This document shows positions 1 through 10,426 of a stretch of DNA of 64,000 bases, piece after piece. The notes under the pieces are model-generated. The model was not told the DNA's origin, made no database searches, and was given only the letters and a program-made list of their open reading frames with translations. The stretch's first letter is position 1, and each line of letters begins with the position of its first letter. Position numbers and translations under genes: made by a program. The DNA is from Verrucomicrobiota bacterium. Lineage in GTDB: Bacteria > Verrucomicrobiota > Verrucomicrobiia > Opitutales > Coraliomargaritaceae. Where the stretch lies: NCBI GenBank assembly GCA_039815375.1, contig JBCBZJ010000003.1, forward strand, positions 128,001 to 192,000. The letters are read 5' to 3'.

Positions 1-107
1 CCGTAGTTCACTTGGTCGAGTGTGCCAAAAAAAACTAGAGCCATCGACAGGCTCAGGAGAATGGTCGTGAGCTGCAGCGACGAAAAAAACTTGAAAAGTG
101 CTTTCAT
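1..107 (-). CDS. N-terminus of a probable cytochrome c biogenesis protein (ResB/Ccs1-like), runs off the window
   Basis: Not in the ORF track. Manual translation gives MKALFKFFSSLQLTTILLSLSMALVFFGTLDQVNY, resembling the ResB N-terminal FFSSL..T..LL......GTL pattern. Starts just after the stop of the upstream gene. Confidence 0.6.
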   Translation of the reverse strand, partial: MKALFKFFSSLQLTTILLSLSMALVFFGTLDQVNY

Positions 108-110
108 CCG

Positions 111-731
111 CTAGTGGTTGTGGTCCTCGAGCTCGACGCTGGCCAGGAACTGACGCATCGCTTCATTTTGTGCGGCAACAGTGCCGACGGCACCCTGCAT
201 CTTAAAGAACCAGGTGCTACCATGGAAACTGAGAATGCCTCCTACGATACTCTGTTCAGGCCCGTTAAGCGTGGCGATCATCCCGTTGTGTTTGGAGATC
301 TGGAAGGGCTCGGTGACCTCGCTCACGCCAGCGAGCTCTATGGGGGCGAGCTGAATCTGGCTGCGCCAACGGTTTATATTTGCAAGTGTGCCACCCACGT
401 CGCCTGGGAAAACAGTTACGGTGATGTCGGCTGAGCCGCTCTCGTCGCTCACGCGGAAATTGGCCTTACGCACACTTTGCGGTGGGTATTCCTCCCAGCT
501 TGCTGGAACTTCATAGCTTAGTTCAGGCGCGGCCTTGCTGGATTCTGCCATGCCCGGCAGGACCTGCATCCCGTTGTTGGAAACCGGTTTCGCAGCAGGA
601 GGTGTTGTCGTTGGCACCGCCACGTTTCGTTCCTCTTTAGGGATCTTATAAACGGTGGGTTCGGAACTGTCGCATCCCGCCAGCGCAAGTGCGGCGAGGA
701 GTGCGAGCACTGCTTTGCATTGTCCTATCAT
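111..731 (-). CDS. Hypothetical lipoprotein
   Basis: Lipobox LAGC after a hydrophobic stretch; GG.LANINRWR.Q motif; start placed at ATG 731. Confidence 0.7.
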   Translation of the reverse strand: MIGQCKAVLALLAALALAGCDSSEPTVYKIPKEERNVAVPTTTPPAAKPVSNNGMQVLPGMAESSKAAPELSYEVPASWEEYPPQSVRKANFRVSDESGSADITVTVFPGDVGGTLANINRWRSQIQLAPIELAGVSEVTEPFQISKHNGMIATLNGPEQSIVGGILSFHGSTWFFKMQGAVGTVAAQNEAMRQFLASVELEDHNH

Positions 732-797
732 GAAGCGAACGGAACAATTAAGGGGACGCAGGTCAAGTAACACCTGCAAATGCAGCCTTTGAGCGGA

Positions 798-1901
<1,104 letters not shown>

Positions 1902-2031
1902 AGCGCGCGAAAATGGACCGCCTCACCGACGGTGCAACGAAAAAGGATTGTCGCGATTTACTGATATCAGGTGGACCATTAGTTGACTTTCTTATCATTA
2001 GCTTTTTAAAACGAACGAAAGTTTGCTTTGC

Positions 2032-3204
2032 ATGATATCTGATCCAGCCGAAACAACGAACATCGGTATCGACGGTGCGCGCATCCTCGTAGTAGACGAC
2101 GATGAGATCATTCGTAAATTGCTTCGGCGCGTGTTGGAGCGTAGCGGTTTTGTCGTGGATGAAGCCCATTCCGGCGAAGATGCACTGGTTTGCATTGAGG
2201 CAAATCTTCCGGATCTTATTCTTCTCGACGTGGTGATGGATGGGATCGACGGATTTATCACCTGTCGGAAAATCAAGGGGAGCAAGGGCATGGATGAGGT
2301 GCCGATTGTTTTTGTTACGGGGCGCTCGGATACCGGTTCGATTGTCGAAGGTCTGGATGCGGGCGGAAGCGACTACATCACCAAGCCTATTAATCGGCAT
2401 GAAGCTCTGGCACGTATCCGTAATCACCTGAAAATGCGTTCACTGATGCGAATGCAAGGTGAGTTTATTGCTGGTCTCAAGCGCGCAAATACAGCGAAAA
2501 ACCGTGTCATTGGAGTCGCCTCGCATGATTTAAGAAATCCTATCGCGTCAATTCGGGGTTTATCGGAGTTCCTGGTAGAATCTGGTCCCTTGACTGATGA
2601 TCAAAGAGAAATTGCTACGACTATCCAGGCTACATCGGATTCCATGCTTCAGTTGGTTGATGAGCTACTTGATTTGTCGGTTATTGAGAGTGGTGAAGAA
2701 CGGTCTGAATTTGAACCATGCAGCATCTATGAGATTGTGTCTTCCTCGCTCAATATTTACCAATTCGCTGCTAATAAAAAGTCGATCCACCTCAAATTGG
2801 ACGAGGAAGGCGATACCCCTGATTTATTGCTTCTCGATAAGATGCAGTTCCGCCGCTTGATCGATAACTTGCTCAGCAATGCAGTCAAATATTCGCCCAT
2901 AGAGACTTCAGTGGACGTGCTCCTGAAAGTGGAGGAAAGTATCCTGAATCTCGTAGTCCAGGATGAAGGGCCTGGGGTTCCAGAGAATGAAATGCACAAG
3001 CTGTTCACTGACTTTGGGAAAACTTCGGTTAAACCGACCGGTAGCGAGACAAGCACTGGCCTCGGCCTCTCGATTTGTAAGAAGATTGCAGAGACTCATC
3101 GAGGTAGTATCCGCGCTGAAAACCGTACGGACCGCAGCGGTATGCGCTTTATCTTAGAACTGGATACTTCTTCGCTGGCGGTCGTCGCGTCGGCTAAACT
3201 ATAG
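2032..3204 (+). CDS. Hybrid response regulator / sensor histidine kinase
   Basis: Receiver domain (ILVVDDD, LLDVVM, DYITKP); H-box SHDLRNP; N-box NLLSNAVKY; G-boxes DEGPG and GLGLSI. Confidence 0.92.
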   Translation: MISDPAETTNIGIDGARILVVDDDEIIRKLLRRVLERSGFVVDEAHSGEDALVCIEANLPDLILLDVVMDGIDGFITCRKIKGSKGMDEVPIVFVTGRSDTGSIVEGLDAGGSDYITKPINRHEALARIRNHLKMRSLMRMQGEFIAGLKRANTAKNRVIGVASHDLRNPIASIRGLSEFLVESGPLTDDQREIATTIQATSDSMLQLVDELLDLSVIESGEERSEFEPCSIYEIVSSSLNIYQFAANKKSIHLKLDEEGDTPDLLLLDKMQFRRLIDNLLSNAVKYSPIETSVDVLLKVEESILNLVVQDEGPGVPENEMHKLFTDFGKTSVKPTGSETSTGLGLSICKKIAETHRGSIRAENRTDRSGMRFILELDTSSLAVVASAKL

Positions 3205-5244
3205 GCCGGCTTTTTGGGCCTCGACAGAGGCACCAAGCACGTCGCGAATGGTTAGGATGCCGGTAAGTGTGTCCGTTTGATCAACAACAAGAAGCTTGTT
3301 GCTGCCGCTGCGGATCACTGTTTCCAGGCAGATCTGTATGTCCGTATCCGGTCGGACCACCGGGATTGCCTCGAGCTCCATATTGGTGACGGTGACGCCT
3401 TCCTGAAGACCTTTGGTTTGAACATAGTCGTAGAAGTGCTCCCTCGAAAGGACGCCGACGGTCTTCCCCTCTTCATCGGCGACGGGATAGTAGCTGTGTC
3501 GGTGCTGATTCAGGTATTGCAGGGTATCTGCGATGGAGTCTTTGGTGCTGAGTTGGTCGATCTGGACCGTCATGAGTGCTCTCGCCGGCTGCGTCAGAAT
3601 ATGCGGTGGCAGGGTCGCCTTTATCTGGTTGATTTCGTCGGCCGAACAATACTGCTTGGCCGAGCGTTGAAGCAGACGGCGCATTGATGTGCTATTCTCA
3701 AGAATAGCTTTGAATTCCTCGCTGCCGAGGCCGATCAGTTTGGTGTCATCCAGTGCAATCGCGGTAAAACGCCAGCGCTGGTCTGTCAGTAGGGCGCGTT
3801 CTCCGAAGAACTCGCCGGGGCCAACTTCTTTGATAAGTTGTTCGTTCTCATCGATGATCTTAATACGACCTTCTTTCACGACATAAAAAGAAAAGGCAGG
3901 CTCGTCTCTACGGAAAAGAACGTCGCCCGCCTGTAAGTGAGCCGATTGAATCGGTCGCGTGTAGCGTGGGCTGAGCAGATTGATGTCGCGGGGGAAGAAG
4001 AGATCGAGTGTCCAATCGATCATGACTCGCAGCTTTCGGTCGAGACCAGGGAGTTTGCTCAGGTAAATCGTGCGCCACATCCACCAAGCAATAAAGCCTG
4101 AGAATTTAAGCCCGAATACTTCGGCTACCGCAGTATGGTGACCGATCGCAGCCAGCTCTCCAAGCCCGGTAAAGGTAAAGGGTTTGACCTCCTCAGCACG
4201 AAGAAAGCCGTTGATGTTTTTGCCGAGAAGGGCTCCCTGGCGCATGGCAAACTGCGCGGTCGATGGACAGCTCTCTCCATTCGGCATGGGTACCGCAGCG
4301 CAATCGCCGGCGGCCCAGAGCCAATCATAACCGGGCACCTGCATCGTATTCTTTGTCTTGATTCGACCGTGCTCGCTTTCGAGCTTTGCATCCTTGATCA
4401 GTTGGCTGACCAACGGGTGTGTTGTGTTACCTACCGTCGATATTACCGTATTTGTTTCGATGTAGGTTCCGTCATCGAGCTCGACTTGGTTCGCGGTCAC
4501 GGCTTTGACACGTCGTTCGAGGCAGAGCTTCAAACCCCGTTTACGCAACTGCTTTTGGGCATATCTCCCGAGCGAGATACTAAGTGTCGGCAGCAAGTGA
4601 TCACGACTGTGAACAAGAAAGACGTCAAAGTCCATCGGATCGATGTTCTTGTAGTATTTATGAACGTCCTGAAAGAGATCTAGGATCTGGCCGGCGGTTT
4701 CGACTCCGGAATAGCCCCCGCCAACAACGACGAAGGTGAGCAAGCGGCGCCGTCGGTCTGTATCGGTAACGAGGTTGGCTTCCTCGAAGCGAGCGAGCAC
4801 AGCCGCGCGCAGCTTCATCGCATCACCGACATTCTGCATGAGGAATGAATGCTCCGACATCCCGGGCACGCGGCTCAAATCGATCGCAGCGCCAAGGGCG
4901 ACGACGAGATGTTTGAAGCGGATGATCACTTCTTGCGAGAACGGGCCCGGTCGAAGCGTCAGCATCTTCTTCTCGATGTCGATTTTCTCAACCGAAGATT
5001 TGTAGACATTCAATCCTCTGCAGAGGTGCCGCACAGGATTCACAACATGCCGTGGCGAGAGTGAACCACTCACCACTTCGGGCAGCATAGGTTGAAAGAC
5101 CATGTAGTTCTGATCGGAGACGAGGCCGATTGGCATGCGCGACCCACGGGTCAGCGTCTTCATCAGGCTTTTCCCGCAGTAAATTCCGGCAAAGCCACCG
5201 CCGAGGATAGCGACTTCGAGGTCGAGTCTCTTTTTCTTTTCCAT
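3199..5244 (-). CDS. Type II NADH dehydrogenase-like flavoprotein fused to cNMP-binding and CBS domains
   Basis: Dinucleotide-binding motifs ILGGGFAG and VVGGGYSGVE; WAAGDCA; TAQFAMRQG; then cNMP domain (GEFFGERAL..R.FTA) and a CBS pair. Start placed at MEKKKR. Confidence 0.85.
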   Translation of the reverse strand: MEKKKRLDLEVAILGGGFAGIYCGKSLMKTLTRGSRMPIGLVSDQNYMVFQPMLPEVVSGSLSPRHVVNPVRHLCRGLNVYKSSVEKIDIEKKMLTLRPGPFSQEVIIRFKHLVVALGAAIDLSRVPGMSEHSFLMQNVGDAMKLRAAVLARFEEANLVTDTDRRRRLLTFVVVGGGYSGVETAGQILDLFQDVHKYYKNIDPMDFDVFLVHSRDHLLPTLSISLGRYAQKQLRKRGLKLCLERRVKAVTANQVELDDGTYIETNTVISTVGNTTHPLVSQLIKDAKLESEHGRIKTKNTMQVPGYDWLWAAGDCAAVPMPNGESCPSTAQFAMRQGALLGKNINGFLRAEEVKPFTFTGLGELAAIGHHTAVAEVFGLKFSGFIAWWMWRTIYLSKLPGLDRKLRVMIDWTLDLFFPRDINLLSPRYTRPIQSAHLQAGDVLFRRDEPAFSFYVVKEGRIKIIDENEQLIKEVGPGEFFGERALLTDQRWRFTAIALDDTKLIGLGSEEFKAILENSTSMRRLLQRSAKQYCSADEINQIKATLPPHILTQPARALMTVQIDQLSTKDSIADTLQYLNQHRHSYYPVADEEGKTVGVLSREHFYDYVQTKGLQEGVTVTNMELEAIPVVRPDTDIQICLETVIRSGSNKLLVVDQTDTLTGILTIRDVLGASVEAQKAGL

Positions 5245-5297
5245 TTTGGAGTTGCTTGGGTAGTGGTAGTGGTTTCCGTCCGCTGCTCGTACTTGAA

Positions 5298-6752
5298 ATG
5301 AATCAGAAAAAAACAGTTCAAAGACCACAAGTAAAGGCCTTGGCCGCGCTGAAAAGAAAACTACCCGGACGAGTATTCACTGATGATGAGAGCTGTTTCC
5401 ATGCCTCTTTGGATAACCTGCGGCTTTCTTTCGCGCCCGACGCAGTTGTCCGGGTAAAATCGGCGTGCGATGTTGGCCCAGTGCTGAAGCTTGCGAATCT
5501 GCACGGAATTCCGGTCACTGCTCGCGGCGCAGGCTCCTCTGCGACGGGCTCTGCGGTTCCTCTGAAAGGTGGCTGGGCGCTGGATCTGTCTGGCCTGAAC
5601 TCGATTGAAATCGATCCTGTGGCAAGGATTGCAACTGTTGGAGCCGGTGCTGTGACGGCTGAGTTTCAGGAGCAGGCCGAGACTGTTGGGCTCTTCTTTC
5701 CCCCGGACCCCTCATCTAAGAAATACACGACTTTGGGCGGCAACATCGCCTGTAATGCCGGTGGTATGCGCTGTGTGAAATATGGAGTTACCCGCGACTA
5801 TGTGCTTGGTCTCCAGGGTTTTTTGGCAAACGGCAGCCCATTCAAATTTGGTTTGCCGCTGAAAAAATATGTTTCCGGCCTGAACCTGCGCGACCTGCTG
5901 ATCGGCTCTGAAGGCACACTGGGTATCGTTACCTCAGCCGCGATTAAGTTAATCCCCAAGCCGGAAAAACGCTGGACAGGTATGTTCGCTTTCAAGAGCG
6001 AAGCGGCTGCGCTCAAAGCCGTAGTCGCGCTCTTTAGAGAAGGTCACAACCCCTCGATTCTGGAATTCCTCGACCGCCAGTCGGTGGGCTGTTCGGAGAG
6101 ATACACGAGTCAGACTGTTTTTGAGGGGCACTCGCGATCTGCAATTCTCTTGATCGAGCTGGATGGAACACCCTCAGAGCTACGCAAGGCGCGTCGTGCG
6201 CTTCTGGATTTTATGGCTGGCCGAGTCGTGGCCTATCGTGAGGCGAAGACAGAGGCCGCTGCCGAGAAACTCTGGCAGGTGCGCCGGACTTGCTCGCAGT
6301 CGATGTTCTCCCTGGCCGATACAAAGTTGAACGAGGACGTGGTCGTCCCACTTGAGAAGCAGGCTGAGCTTATTCGCTATACGCTCCAGCTTAAGAAAGA
6401 GATTGGTCTCGCGACGCCAACCTTCGGCCACGCGGGCGACGGCAATCTTCATGTGCACATCATGTATAACCGTGGCTCAAAGGCCGACGCAAAGAAGGCC
6501 AAGGCGGGGATCAAAAAGCTCATGCAGAAAGTGGTCGACCTCGGTGGTGTGATCACGGGGGAACATGGCATCGGTCTTGCGAAGATACCATTCATGCCGA
6601 TGCAGCACACGAAGTTGGAGATCGAGGCCATGCGCTCTGTGAAGGCAGCACTTGATCCGAAGGGGATTCTCAATCCCGGCAAGATTTTCGAGCCTTTCGA
6701 AGTTTGGGAGCACGAACCTGTTGACGTCCGCCTTCCCTGGGATCACCATTAG
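5298..6752 (+). CDS. FAD-linked oxidase, GlcD/D-lactate dehydrogenase family
   Basis: FPPDPSS, TLGGNIACNAGG, GSEGTLG, GHAGDGNLH, GEHGIG, ILNPGK. Confidence 0.9.
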   Translation: MNQKKTVQRPQVKALAALKRKLPGRVFTDDESCFHASLDNLRLSFAPDAVVRVKSACDVGPVLKLANLHGIPVTARGAGSSATGSAVPLKGGWALDLSGLNSIEIDPVARIATVGAGAVTAEFQEQAETVGLFFPPDPSSKKYTTLGGNIACNAGGMRCVKYGVTRDYVLGLQGFLANGSPFKFGLPLKKYVSGLNLRDLLIGSEGTLGIVTSAAIKLIPKPEKRWTGMFAFKSEAAALKAVVALFREGHNPSILEFLDRQSVGCSERYTSQTVFEGHSRSAILLIELDGTPSELRKARRALLDFMAGRVVAYREAKTEAAAEKLWQVRRTCSQSMFSLADTKLNEDVVVPLEKQAELIRYTLQLKKEIGLATPTFGHAGDGNLHVHIMYNRGSKADAKKAKAGIKKLMQKVVDLGGVITGEHGIGLAKIPFMPMQHTKLEIEAMRSVKAALDPKGILNPGKIFEPFEVWEHEPVDVRLPWDHH

Positions 6753-6755
6753 TTC

Positions 6756-7067
6756 ATGAGCGAAGTTTTGATTGGTTGGACCACTTGCGACAATCCTGAT
6801 GTTGCGGAGCGTTTGGCACACGAGCTCGTCGAGCGCGATCTTGCTGCCTGTGTGCAGATCGAAGACGGCGTTCGTTCTGTCTTCAAATGGAAGGGAGAAA
6901 TCCAGAGTGACCTAGAGTGCCGTCTATGTGTGAAGTTTGACGCTGAAAAAATCGACACAGTAGGGAGCTTTATCAAGGCGCACCACCCCTACGATAATCC
7001 GGAGTGGGTCGTGACTCGGGCGGATGTTGTTTCCGAGAGATATCAAGCTTGGGTTACCGGACGTTAG
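6756..7067 (+). CDS. cutA: Divalent-cation tolerance protein CutA
   Basis: LAACVQI, SVFKWKG, HHPYDNPE. Confidence 0.9.
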   Translation: MSEVLIGWTTCDNPDVAERLAHELVERDLAACVQIEDGVRSVFKWKGEIQSDLECRLCVKFDAEKIDTVGSFIKAHHPYDNPEWVVTRADVVSERYQAWVTGR

Positions 7068-7082
7068 CTCGACTGTCTGCGA

Positions 7083-7385
7083 TCAGAAGTTCGTCTGGAT
7101 CGACCAGCGGAAGAATCTGGAGTCACCGGATATTGTTTGTTCGATATCGATTTGATTGCCATCGCCAGCAACGGGTTCCTCTTGCACCGGATCCCATTCT
7201 ATAAAGTCAGAGCTCTCGAAGAGTTGGTATGTGAATTCGGAAGCGGTTTTTACGGAAAGCGTAAGCTCTTCTGAGCGCGCGTCGTAGCCAATCGTTGGCT
7301 CTGCGACTGAAGCAGGGTAGAGCTCCGCTAGATTGATGGCTTTAGACTTGTTTTAGGGTAGTTCAATTATGGTTGGTTCTCTCAA
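7083..7385 (-). pseudogene. Remnant of the C-terminal domain of a secreted verrucomicrobial protein
   Basis: Manual translation ...LTLSVKTASEFTYQLFESSDFIEWDPVQEEPVAGDGNQIDIEQTISGDSRFFRWSIQTNF*. No ATG; in-frame TAA near the 5' end. Confidence 0.5.
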
Positions 7386-8632
7386 GATCGTTTCAAACGC
7401 ACTGTAAGTTGTGGCTGGTTAATTAAGTTTATCCGTGCCGGGATCTTCCATGGTGCTAGTTTGCCGCGGCAGTGGTTACGGATCGCGCGTTTCCAATTGC
7501 GTAGGTCTTTTTCCGTTGAGCTGGCGATCTCGCAGGCGACGCGCTGACCGGTGATGGAGTCGCTTTCGCCATAGACGTAGCAGGCTTCGATGCCTTCGAT
7601 CTGATTGAGCACTGCTTCGACCTCGGAGGGATGCACCTTTTGGCCACCTACGTTGATCGTTTCGCTGTGGCGACCGATGATACGGAGGGTCCCGTTCGGG
7701 CCTTCCTCGACAAGGTCACCTGTGCGATACCATCCGTCGACTTCGAGTGAGGACTCGTCAGCGTTAAGGTAGCCAATGATGCGCGACGGTGTCTTGAGCC
7801 AGAGTTCATTTTCAATGACTTTCCATTCCGTATCCAAATCCTTGATACGAAAGAAAAGGCTATCTTTGCTGCTGCTCTGGATGCGCACAGCACCCGTTTC
7901 GCTGGTCCCGAACTTTTGCTGGAGATCGGCTTGAGGAAAAGCTTGTCCGAGGCGCTTGAGCAAGGCTTGCGGCATGGCCTCGGCTCCGTAGGCGATGATT
8001 TCGACGGAGCTGCAATCGTATTTTTCAGTTATGCCGTTCATCAGCACAAGGTTAAGAAAGGTGGGTGAAGCGGGGAGGATGTTGACCCCGTATGCTTCGA
8101 TGGCTTGCGCAGCGGCGTCGGGGTTTCGGTCTTCCGGGATGATCAAGGTGGAGCCGGAGCAGAGACAGCGGAAAGCGGCATCGAGCCCTCCGATGTGGTC
8201 GAGGAGTAGGAGCTGGAGTGTGCGGTCCTCGCGTGGAGTGACTTGCTTGAAACGGTTGAGCAGAGCAGGCAGGCTATGGAGCATGCCTTTTGGTTCACCA
8301 CTGGTGCCGCTGCTGAAAAGGATGAGGCCGCTTTCTTCCAGCTTCTTGTAAAGTGGCGAGTTTGCTACAAGCTCAAGCATATGGCTTCGCTCGGCCTCCG
8401 GTAGGGAGGGCGGAAGTGGAAGTGCGATGTATTCCGTGCCTGCAATGGCTATCAGCTGGGCGAGGCCTTCGACCGTGCTGGTCGTTTGTATTAAGGCAAC
8501 GCGGCTCTGGCCGAGACCGGATCCAGCTATTTCAATAAGGGAGAGAAACTCATGATAACTCCAGAACTTGCCCGACTCCACAAAGGCTGTCTTTGGTCCG
8601 AAGCTTTCCAGTTTATTTCGTAGCCAATTCAC
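7382..8632 (-). CDS. AMP-binding acyl-CoA/acyl-ACP ligase
   Basis: FSSGTSGEPKG, FGTSETG, YRTGD, INVGGQKV, WKIP. Confidence 0.88.
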   Translation of the reverse strand: MNWLRNKLESFGPKTAFVESGKFWSYHEFLSLIEIAGSGLGQSRVALIQTTSTVEGLAQLIAIAGTEYIALPLPPSLPEAERSHMLELVANSPLYKKLEESGLILFSSGTSGEPKGMLHSLPALLNRFKQVTPREDRTLQLLLLDHIGGLDAAFRCLCSGSTLIIPEDRNPDAAAQAIEAYGVNILPASPTFLNLVLMNGITEKYDCSSVEIIAYGAEAMPQALLKRLGQAFPQADLQQKFGTSETGAVRIQSSSKDSLFFRIKDLDTEWKVIENELWLKTPSRIIGYLNADESSLEVDGWYRTGDLVEEGPNGTLRIIGRHSETINVGGQKVHPSEVEAVLNQIEGIEACYVYGESDSITGQRVACEIASSTEKDLRNWKRAIRNHCRGKLAPWKIPARINLINQPQLTVRLKRS

Positions 8633-8702
8633 CGATATATCCGGATGGGGAGTTTGGGAGAATCATTCCTCGGTGTTCTCGGTGCACGTTGCGGTTAAAA
8701 AA

Positions 8703-9398
8703 CTAAGTTACCCCGCCGAGGTAGAGGACCTGCCCTGTGATGAAGTTGCTCTCGGGACGGAGGTAAAAGTCGACTGCATTGATTACATCGTGAACTTCAC
8801 CCATGCGTTGGATGGCCTGACGCTGAATGAGTGCGTTCATCTTCTCCTCAGGCACGCCGCGGATGAGATCGGTATCAATGGGAGTCGGGCCGATAGCATT
8901 AACGGTAGTCCCGAGATCGGCGAGCTCGCGGGCGAGAATTCGGGTCAGGCTTTCGACTGCGGCTTTGCTTGCGGCGTAGATAGCTTCCCCCTCGAGATTA
9001 AGTGGGTGGGCAACGGTGGTGAAGTTGACGATCCGGCCAGCTTTGCTGCTGCGCATAAGTTTGGCCATTTCACGGCAGAAGAGGAAGGTGCCGGTGACGT
9101 TTGTCGAGAGGATGCGATTCACGGTCTCGGCCGGCATGAGAAGTGCGTGGTTCATCGATGCGATGCCGGCGTTGTTGAGCAGTGCGTCGACACGCCCAAA
9201 ATCACCCTTGAGTGCCCGTGCCATCCCTACCACGCCGACTTCGTCACTTACGTCGAGTGAGAAGTGCCGGTAGTTTGCATGATTGATGCTCGACTCGCCG
9301 CGACTGCAGCCCGCGACCTGCCAGCCCTCCGCGAGATAGTGGTCAGCCAGCGACTTTCCGATGCCTTTGCGTGTCCCCGTGATAACGATAGTTTTCAC
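8703..9398 (-). CDS. SDR oxidoreductase (3-oxoacyl-ACP reductase-like)
   Basis: TGTRKGIG, NNAG, YAASK. Confidence 0.9.
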   Translation of the reverse strand: MKTIVITGTRKGIGKSLADHYLAEGWQVAGCSRGESSINHANYRHFSLDVSDEVGVVGMARALKGDFGRVDALLNNAGIASMNHALLMPAETVNRILSTNVTGTFLFCREMAKLMRSSKAGRIVNFTTVAHPLNLEGEAIYAASKAAVESLTRILARELADLGTTVNAIGPTPIDTDLIRGVPEEKMNALIQRQAIQRMGEVHDVINAVDFYLRPESNFITGQVLYLGGVT

Positions 9399-9691
9399 GA
9401 GGGCATCCTTTCGGCGATAGCTTCAGATAGGCTGGCAACGCAGCGAAAGGGAGATTTTTTTGCACTCATTGCCCTTTCGTCAGCCAAGGCAATGGATGCA
9501 CCGAACTTTTCGGAAACGGCCTCTTCGACGTCGGCGATAAGATTGACCAGAGCCATACTGTCGAGTGGGCCGCCTTCACCGTAGAGCAGGCTTTCTCTAT
9601 TTGGTTTCTTTAATACTTCGACCTCAAAGTCTTCCGCGAGCATACGGACGGATTCGATGACAAGGGCTTCGATCTCGGGGATGGCAGGCAT
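9395..9691 (-). CDS. Acyl carrier protein-like
   Basis: 98 aa, acidic, LDSM phosphopantetheine-site motif; overlaps the SDR start. Confidence 0.75.
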   Translation of the reverse strand: MPAIPEIEALVIESVRMLAEDFEVEVLKKPNRESLLYGEGGPLDSMALVNLIADVEEAVSEKFGASIALADERAMSAKKSPFRCVASLSEAIAERMPS

Positions 9692-10279
9692 TTATAACTT
9701 AGGCGGTTTGTTCGAGCCGATGAATTCCCCCCTGGTGGCTTCGCCTTGAGCAGAGATGTTTTCACGGCGGAATACGGTGCTAACTGTTAAACCGAGGATT
9801 TTCAGATCGAGCAAGAAGGAACGGTTCTCGACATACCAGAGGTCGAGCTCGAACTGACGTTCCCAGGTGAGGCCATTTCTGCCGTTGACCTGTGCCCAGC
9901 CCGTTATGCCGGGGCGCAGCTCATGACGGCGGGCTTGTTGAGTCGAGTAGCGGGGCAGGTAGCTCGTTGGCAATGGTCGCGGTCCGACGAGGCTCATTTC
10001 TCCACGGAGTACATTCCAGAGTTCCGGTAGCTCATCGATGCTGGTCGAACGGAGGAACTTTCCCCAATGACTCAGGCGTTCTGCATCGCTCCCGGAACCG
10101 GTTCGCATACTGCGGAATTTGATAATGTTGAATGCTTTCCCGCCCCTGCCCGCGCGTTCCTGCCGGAAGAAGATAGGTCTTCCGAGAATGCAGAGCTGAC
10201 AGATGCAAACAACGAGCAGAGGCAGCGTAAGCGCGAGCAGAAGTATTGCCGGGGCGCAGATGTCGAAAAGTCGCTTCAT
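9692..10279 (-). CDS. Bacterial sugar transferase (PglC-type phosphoglycosyl transferase)
   Basis: KRLFDI, KFRSM, SIDELPELWNVLRGEMSLVGPRP, RPGITGWAQVNGR. Confidence 0.93.
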   Translation of the reverse strand: MKRLFDICAPAILLLALTLPLLVVCICQLCILGRPIFFRQERAGRGGKAFNIIKFRSMRTGSGSDAERLSHWGKFLRSTSIDELPELWNVLRGEMSLVGPRPLPTSYLPRYSTQQARRHELRPGITGWAQVNGRNGLTWERQFELDLWYVENRSFLLDLKILGLTVSTVFRRENISAQGEATRGEFIGSNKPPKL

Positions 10280-10358
10280 GAAGTTGCAAAAAGTAATCCG
10301 TAAGCTAAAAGAATATCATTCGATTGCATTTACTCAAAACAAGCAATCAAACCTAGCT

Positions 10359-10387
10359 TTGACAGCACATTCGAGCTGTTTTAGCTT
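10359..10387 (+). promoter_or_regulatory. Sigma70-type promoter
   Basis: TTGACA-17 nt-TAGCTT about 40 nt upstream of ATG 10427. Confidence 0.55.
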
Positions 10388-10426
10388 CCATTTCCTTACT
10401 ATTTTATAAAATCAGAAACAAAAGCT

